Below, piece after piece: positions 58,150-64,000 of a DNA stretch of 64,000 nucleotides (positions are counted from its first letter, which is position 1; each line of letters opens with the position of its first letter). The translations under genes were made by a program, and so were the position numbers. The stretch lies in assembly GCA_038870635.1 (NCBI GenBank), contig JAVZJR010000001.1, forward strand, positions 106,797 to 170,796, read 5' to 3'. The notes beneath the pieces are model-generated. The model was not told the origin of the DNA, did not search any database, and saw only the letters and a program-made list of their open reading frames with translations. Source of the stretch: Candidatus Bilamarchaeaceae archaeon (GTDB taxonomy: Archaea > Micrarchaeota > Micrarchaeia > Anstonellales > Bilamarchaeaceae).

Positions 58150-59961
58150 TTAATGACAGTTAGCTGGCAGAGGTTGTGAAGGATCGCAATAGAGCAAAGT
58201 ATGTGAAGTTGCTGCATTATTTGCTTTATCGTAAGTAGTAAATCCATATATATAAACATCAGCTGGGTTGATTTCGTCAACAAATTGATAGAAAATACTC
58301 CCATTTTCAAGTATTACAGCATAGTTAGTTTTAATCTTTCCTTCGCTCATTGCCATTCTATCAATGTTGTAGCTGTAAACACCAGAAACAGAATCTGCTG
58401 TTGGTAACCAAACAATCATAACATAAGTGTGGGTTGTGCCATTTATCTCTTTGCTATATATCAACGTATTAGTTTCTGGATTAGAAGTATCAACAGGTTC
58501 AGGAGGAGTGCCATCATATATTATGCGTGCTTCGCTCGTAACAATTTTACCTTGGTTATTTTTGCATTCGATCATTACCAACCTATCTCCATCTCCGCCC
58601 AATGGTCCAAGTAATTCTATTTCCTTAAGTGAAGTGTAAGCGCTCCAATCAGACCAAACTGGCTCTGGCACCCATGGAATAGTCATATAACGACATTGAG
58701 TAACGCCTTGCGCAACTAAATTTAAATTTAGCTTATAACTATTTGTGAAACCAGAAACTAAGTAAGAACCACGAGGTGGACTTAAAACAGCACTTTTTAT
58801 TTGAGGAACAACATAGTTGCTTCCTCCACCAGATGAGCCGCCACTGCTATCATCTATTTTTTTCTTAACATACTCTATACTATCTTCAGCTTGTCCTATC
58901 AAAACATCGTCTTTGTCTTTACATTCATAATAAATTGTTATAGTTTGTGATTCTGAAACTTTTGAAGTCCAACTCTTATAGTTGGTATAGGGTTCGTATG
59001 AGGTCCATGGTTCCGCTCCCTCTTTATATCTACAAAGATAAGCATCATCTGCGTAAAGAGTAAGTGTTAGATACCTGCTATTTGTTTCTGCAGCTCCATT
59101 ATTTATCAATATAGATATCTTTCTATTTTTGTTAGTTATTTTTGTTTCTTCTTTTTTATTTTCTTTTGTTATTGTTATTTCCTTGTTTTCTGATGCAATG
59201 TTGCCGGCTGCATCAACACAAACAACATCAATTTTATGCGTACCTTCTGTTAGAACAAAATAATTGGAATAAATACCTGAAAAACTATCCTTCTCTTCTC
59301 CATCAAGTAGTAACTTACAATTTAAGCCATAAGGATTTTTATCAGTAGCTTTTACATTAAGTGATACTTGTTCCTCGTTTTGTTTTAAAACTTCAATTGA
59401 AACAACAGGTGGGGTTTTATCTAAGAATATCTTTGCAAATACAGAATCAGATACGCCACCATTATTTTTACATTGATAGTAAACTGTTTTATCTCCATCT
59501 TCAGGAGAGAGTTTCCATTTAGCTTGAGGTGCATAAGACAACCATTCACTCCACGACACACCGTCGTTTGACAGTCTGCATTTCTCAGCATTTTTTGCGT
59601 ATAGATAAAGGGTAACCTCATCTTTATTTGTTGTAGTGAGACCATTCTCTATGTTCAAGGAGAGCAAACTTGGTTTTTTTGGTAGAGGTGGAGCGGATGT
59701 AGTTTCTACTGATTTTGGTTTTTCTAATGATAAAGAGACTTCCTTAAAAATATCAAAATTAAGCAAGGCTGGTAAAACAAAAAAAGCCCCAACTAAACCA
59801 AGCACTATTAGTGCTACAATTGCAATAATAAAAAAGTTTTTTCCTCTCGCGGCTGCTTCTTCATCCGGTGCTGATGGGGCTGGTTCAGTAGAATCATCCC
59901 ATTCTTTACCAACTATGATATCTTCTTCAATACTAACATCTTCAATCCGTTTCTTTTTCAT
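58150..59961 (-). CDS. Membrane-anchored surface protein with repeated Ig-like domains
   Basis: One TM near the N-terminus; three TN....L.L.A.....CR....W..W..Y....CK units and D.TPP linkers. Confidence 0.75.
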   Translation of the reverse strand: MKKKRIEDVSIEEDIIVGKEWDDSTEPAPSAPDEEAAARGKNFFIIAIVALIVLGLVGAFFVLPALLNFDIFKEVSLSLEKPKSVETTSAPPLPKKPSLLSLNIENGLTTTNKDEVTLYLYAKNAEKCRLSNDGVSWSEWLSYAPQAKWKLSPEDGDKTVYYQCKNNGGVSDSVFAKIFLDKTPPVVSIEVLKQNEEQVSLNVKATDKNPYGLNCKLLLDGEEKDSFSGIYSNYFVLTEGTHKIDVVCVDAAGNIASENKEITITKENKKEETKITNKNRKISILINNGAAETNSRYLTLTLYADDAYLCRYKEGAEPWTSYEPYTNYKSWTSKVSESQTITIYYECKDKDDVLIGQAEDSIEYVKKKIDDSSGGSSGGGSNYVVPQIKSAVLSPPRGSYLVSGFTNSYKLNLNLVAQGVTQCRYMTIPWVPEPVWSDWSAYTSLKEIELLGPLGGDGDRLVMIECKNNQGKIVTSEARIIYDGTPPEPVDTSNPETNTLIYSKEINGTTHTYVMIVWLPTADSVSGVYSYNIDRMAMSEGKIKTNYAVILENGSIFYQFVDEINPADVYIYGFTTYDKANNAATSHTLLYCDPSQPLPANCH

Positions 59962-60098
59962 TCTCCCACCAAAAAATAAATAGTTACGACATTATTAGTG
60001 TAGCAAAGTGTTTTTAAATATAAACGTTTTATACATAAAATAAACACTTTTAAGAAGCAGATATTTAAATTATCACGTTTAAATAGAGTTGTGGTTTT

Positions 60099-60608
60099 AT
60101 GAATATTGGAAGAGGATTTAAGGTAGCGATGATGCCAATAGCAGGCATTTTACTTTTGGCTGTAATAAGCGGGCTTTCTTCCCTATTTATGCTTATCCCT
60201 GGGATAAATTTCTGTTTGGGTATTTTGCAATGCTTGTTCTTTCCATTAACATTATTGCTAAATATAGTGCTTTTCATCTATGCTGGCTATTTAATAGCAA
60301 AAAGCGGTATGGAAATGGTTGACGCTGCTGCGGTAGGTGGCGTAACCGGCGTGCTCGCAGTTATAATCAGCACTTTTTTCAGCGTAATCGCTAACCTCAT
60401 AACTACTACTTTTGGTTTAGCTGTTACAACCGCTGCTACAACATTAGGTAAAAACAACAATGTACTAACCACAATTTTCAATATAGGCGCAGCCGGTGCA
60501 AACATAGTAATGCAGTTAGCATGTTTCATAGGTTTTGTAATAGTGGCAGCGATTATAGGGGCAGCCCTTGCAGCGATAGGTGCATTAATAGCAGGAACAA
60601 AAAAATAA
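60099..60608 (+). CDS. Small polytopic membrane protein
   Basis: About four Gly/Ala-rich TM helices. Confidence 0.75.
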   Translation: MNIGRGFKVAMMPIAGILLLAVISGLSSLFMLIPGINFCLGILQCLFFPLTLLLNIVLFIYAGYLIAKSGMEMVDAAAVGGVTGVLAVIISTFFSVIANLITTTFGLAVTTAATTLGKNNNVLTTIFNIGAAGANIVMQLACFIGFVIVAAIIGAALAAIGALIAGTKK

Positions 60609-60613
60609 TTTTT

Positions 60614-61654
60614 TTATATTTTTTCTAATATGAATATTTCTCCGTCAGTTAGATTATCTTTTTTTCTAAGTTGAGCAACTATCTCTTCTTTTGTTTTTTT
60701 AGAATTTTGAAGAAGAAACTCCAAAGCGTCTATTTTCTCGTAAAGATAAAATGAAACCTTATCGCTCTCTATTACTTTTGCGCTCTCAACTAATTTTATC
60801 TCTTTATCGAGTTCAGAAAATTTTTTATTTTCAAATAATTCCATCCATCTTTTAGGAAGATTATCTGCGTCCACCCCGTCCAAAAAACCAAAAGTATTTA
60901 AAATAGACAAAAATTTAGATATTCTCTCTTTTTCCAATTTTTGCAAAGAAGGATTAAGCTGCGCCAAATTGATAACAGAACTAAACATATTATTTTTTGT
61001 TATCTTATAGATTTTTGTTTGTTCATCCTCAAAAAGAAAAGAGATATTATTTTTTCTTCGAACTGATAATTCAGAAGTTTCTATTTTTATTGTTTCTTCT
61101 TTTTTGTTAAGATAATCTTGTGCGACATCTTCTAACAATGCTTGAGTAAAATTAAGTTCTTTACAATTGTGAGCTGCACAAAGTTCTGTTGCGGCCACGC
61201 CGTGAGGATTTATTTTACTTTGAGGTTTTAGTGTAAAATCAACAGACCGATTGTTTTGAGATATAGAAACAGCAATCGCAAAATCTTCGAATACGACTTC
61301 AAAAAATTGACAGCCATTACAACTAAGTGTATGTTGGCCCAACTTATTTATTTTGTCTTCATAACCTTTCTTTAAATCTTCAAAACACTTACTTGCAGTT
61401 CGCACTAAGATAAGAATACTATTCGCATCCCTTGCCCTATCGTTACTAAAACCACAATTGACACAAACCCCTGCGTTTTTTACTGCGCTTAATAATTTGT
61501 ATTGTTCATTTGAGCTCGGAGGGGATTTTCTTAAATCCTCTATGAGAAGGCTAAGATCTCTATTAAGTTTGCCGCTATTAGTACAATTATTAATACTGCA
61601 AAGACGATCGTACTTTTTTAACGCACGGTACGCAGCACGTTTCCAATCAACCAT
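60614..61654 (-). CDS. Hypothetical Cys-motif protein
   Basis: 346-aa ORF with CVNC, CNGC, CSINNC and CAAHNC. Confidence 0.55.
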   Translation of the reverse strand: MVDWKRAAYRALKKYDRLCSINNCTNSGKLNRDLSLLIEDLRKSPPSSNEQYKLLSAVKNAGVCVNCGFSNDRARDANSILILVRTASKCFEDLKKGYEDKINKLGQHTLSCNGCQFFEVVFEDFAIAVSISQNNRSVDFTLKPQSKINPHGVAATELCAAHNCKELNFTQALLEDVAQDYLNKKEETIKIETSELSVRRKNNISFLFEDEQTKIYKITKNNMFSSVINLAQLNPSLQKLEKERISKFLSILNTFGFLDGVDADNLPKRWMELFENKKFSELDKEIKLVESAKVIESDKVSFYLYEKIDALEFLLQNSKKTKEEIVAQLRKKDNLTDGEIFILEKI

Positions 61655-61703
61655 ATTTATCTAAATGTGTAAAAAAGTTTAAAAATATGATTATAGCAAA
61701 AAA

Positions 61704-62573
61704 TCAAATGAAACGCTTAATTAATGGAGATATGTCGACATCCAAAGACTTCTCCACCAAAGTCTGATCTTTTAATTGCGGCAGTTGCTCTTCGTATGTA
61801 GGCCTTTCTTCTTTATAAAATAGACCAATGGGTATTTTTTTGTATTCTGTTATCACTTCTTCCTCTGCTTTCTCTCGCGCCGCTTTTTTGTCAGTAGGAT
61901 TATGACCGCTTTCTTCTAATTTATAAACTCTCTCCCTAAACCACTCGTAAGTATTTAATTTATTGAAACTAACACATGGTTGAAAAACTTCAACTAAAGC
62001 AAATCCCTTATGAGCAATACCTCCTTTTATTAGTTCTTTTAAATGCGGTATATCACCAGCAAAACCTCTTGCAACATAAGTTGCTCCATTATCTATAGCG
62101 GTCAGTATAGGATTGAATGGTCTTTCTATAACGCCATGAGGCGTAGTCTTTGTTTTCATTCCTAAAAGAGTGGTGGCAGAAGCTTGACCAGTTGTCAAAC
62201 CATACAGCTGATTATCATGCACAATGTAAGTAATGTCATGATTTCTTCTCATGACATGAACGAAATGCTGAAGACCTTCCTGGTAGCCATCCCCATCACC
62301 ACCCTCTGCTATAACTGTAAGTTTATGATTGGCAAGTTTTATACCTTCTGCTACTGGCACCGGTCTTCCATGAAGACCTTCAAAACCATAAGCCATGACG
62401 TAATGTGGAATTTTGCTGCAGCAACCGACCCCAGAGGAAATAACAACTTCATGAGGTTGCTTGTTTAATTCAGCTAAAGCCATTTTAAGTGCTGTTAGTA
62501 CACCGAAGTTTCCACAACCAGGACACCACTGAATTGGTTCTTTTGCATTAAAATTATTTATGTTTACTGTCAT
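61704..62573 (-). CDS. 2-oxoacid:ferredoxin oxidoreductase beta subunit
   Basis: WCPGCGN, SGVGC, LHGR, GGDGD TPP motif, YGLTTGQ, QPCVSFN. Confidence 0.95.
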   Translation of the reverse strand: MTVNINNFNAKEPIQWCPGCGNFGVLTALKMALAELNKQPHEVVISSGVGCCSKIPHYVMAYGFEGLHGRPVPVAEGIKLANHKLTVIAEGGDGDGYQEGLQHFVHVMRRNHDITYIVHDNQLYGLTTGQASATTLLGMKTKTTPHGVIERPFNPILTAIDNGATYVARGFAGDIPHLKELIKGGIAHKGFALVEVFQPCVSFNKLNTYEWFRERVYKLEESGHNPTDKKAAREKAEEEVITEYKKIPIGLFYKEERPTYEEQLPQLKDQTLVEKSLDVDISPLIKRFI

Positions 62574-62583
62574 AAAATCACCA

Positions 62584-64000
62584 TCACAAAGAGTATTTTT
62601 TAGGATTATAATACTCTAAATCCTCAACATCTAATAGACGAATTTCTTTATCTCCCTTATAACCTGCATTAATGAATTTCTTAACTTCTCTATAAAGTTC
62701 TTCAGCATATATCGGTCTGCCGGTGTACTTCAATATGGTAATAGTAGGTTTCCACCCACAACACTCCCTAAGCAAACCGCCAAAAAGAGATGTTGAATTA
62801 TTTTCGAAAAGAACAGTATATTTTGCGTTCTTTAGCATTTTCTTTATTTTTTTGCCGTCAAGTGGATAAACAACACTAAAGTGCACCATATTTGCTTTTA
62901 TCCCATCTTTCTTTAGCATTTCTATTGCCTTGATGCCAGGTATTTTCATAGAACCCCAAGTAACAAAAGTTATTTCAGCATTCTCGTCGCCATAAACAGA
63001 AGGAAGAGGCAAATCTTTCAACATCTTTTTTATTTTTGCTGCTCTTTTATCCACTTGAGCTTTTCTCATAGAAAATAATTCAGTACTAAAACCTGTTTCA
63101 TCATGCTCATATGAAGATGCAACATGTATTCCATTTGGCGTTCCAGGGAAAACACGAGGGGATATTCCATCCTTAGTTAATTCATAACGTTTAAATCTTC
63201 CATCTATTTTTTTTGGAGAATCTACTATTTTTCCCCTCTCTATTTTAACTTCAGGAAGAGAATCAAGAGAGAAAACACTTTCAGATAAAAATTTATCTGA
63301 AAGCACAATAACAGGCACTTGATATTTCTCTGCATAATTAAATGCTTGCGCGGAAAGTTCAAATGCTTCTTTGGCATCTCCTGGTGCAAGCAAAACTCTT
63401 AAGAATTCGCCTTGGCCAGCATGCAATGCTTGTCGTAAATCACCTTGCTCTGTCCACGTTGGCATACATGTGCTCGGCCCTGGTCTGCTTGCTAAATAGA
63501 TTACAATTGGGGTTTCGCTCAATGCGGCCAGTGCAACTGCTTCTGTTTTTAGGGCAAAACCACCACCAGATGTTCCTGTTGCTGCACGTACTCCTGCATA
63601 AGCCGCACCGATTGCTTCGTTTATTGCAGTTATCTCATCTTCTACTTGTTTCACTACAATACCAACTTCGCGCTCAACTTCACAGAGATAGTGAAGAATA
63701 GAAGAAGATGGGGTCATTGGGTAAGCAGAATAAAATTTAAGACCTCCTTTTAATGCACCAAGAGCTAAAAACTCATTACCAGTGGCAAATATTTTTTTGT
63801 TTTGACTAATTGGTTTTAGTGAAAAAACAGGTTTTATATTAACTTTAACGTAATTATAACCCTCACGAGCAGCAGCGATATTTTTTAAAACAACCTCCTC
63901 TCCCTTTCTCGAGAACTCATCTCGTATTACACTTTCCAATATTTCTATGGGGTAATCAATAGTCGCCAAAGCCACCCCTATCTCCAAAGCGTTTGCCATT
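62584..64000 (-). CDS. 2-oxoacid:ferredoxin oxidoreductase alpha subunit (5'-truncated by the window edge)
   Basis: GNE, YPMTPSS, EDEI, TSGGGF, RPGPST..PT. Confidence 0.95.
   Translation of the reverse strand, partial: MANALEIGVALATIDYPIEILESVIRDEFSRKGEEVVLKNIAAAREGYNYVKVNIKPVFSLKPISQNKKIFATGNEFLALGALKGGLKFYSAYPMTPSSSILHYLCEVEREVGIVVKQVEDEITAINEAIGAAYAGVRAATGTSGGGFALKTEAVALAALSETPIVIYLASRPGPSTCMPTWTEQGDLRQALHAGQGEFLRVLLAPGDAKEAFELSAQAFNYAEKYQVPVIVLSDKFLSESVFSLDSLPEVKIERGKIVDSPKKIDGRFKRYELTKDGISPRVFPGTPNGIHVASSYEHDETGFSTELFSMRKAQVDKRAAKIKKMLKDLPLPSVYGDENAEITFVTWGSMKIPGIKAIEMLKKDGIKANMVHFSVVYPLDGKKIKKMLKNAKYTVLFENNSTSLFGGLLRECCGWKPTITILKYTGRPIYAEELYREVKKFINAGYKGDKEIRLLDVEDLEYYNPKKYSL

Overview
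AT-rich, gene-dense archaeal chromosome segment. Archaeal markers include Rpo7/Spt4, archaeal AlaRS/ProRS, Pus10, Dph6, PAC2, AMP phosphorylase, TATA boxes, GGTGA-type RBS and BHB-type tRNA introns. Multi-intron tRNAs, the AMP/R15P salvage pathway, pilin-like clusters and many orphans suggest a DPANN lineage such as Micrarchaeota (inference). Housekeeping genes cover nucleotide salvage and synthesis (purH, purM, thyX), riboflavin synthesis, SecDF, DNA ligase, Lhr, Nfo and a 2-oxoacid:ferredoxin oxidoreductase. No CRISPR array, rRNA, transposase or integrase was seen. Main points of interest: (1) a RelA/SpoT-like gene (degenerate HD domain plus synthetase) split into two ORFs by a +1 shift at an A7 tract; (2) a tRNA-Met(CAT) locus with an intron K-turn/box C/D-like guide aimed at its own C34, plus two short internal duplications; (3) a Cdc48-type double AAA ATPase fused to a polytopic membrane domain; (4) a riboflavin synthase-lumazine synthase fusion beside a bacterial-type RibA; (5) microproteins missed by the ORF track. 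All protein family calls come from motif recognition by eye, not database searches.
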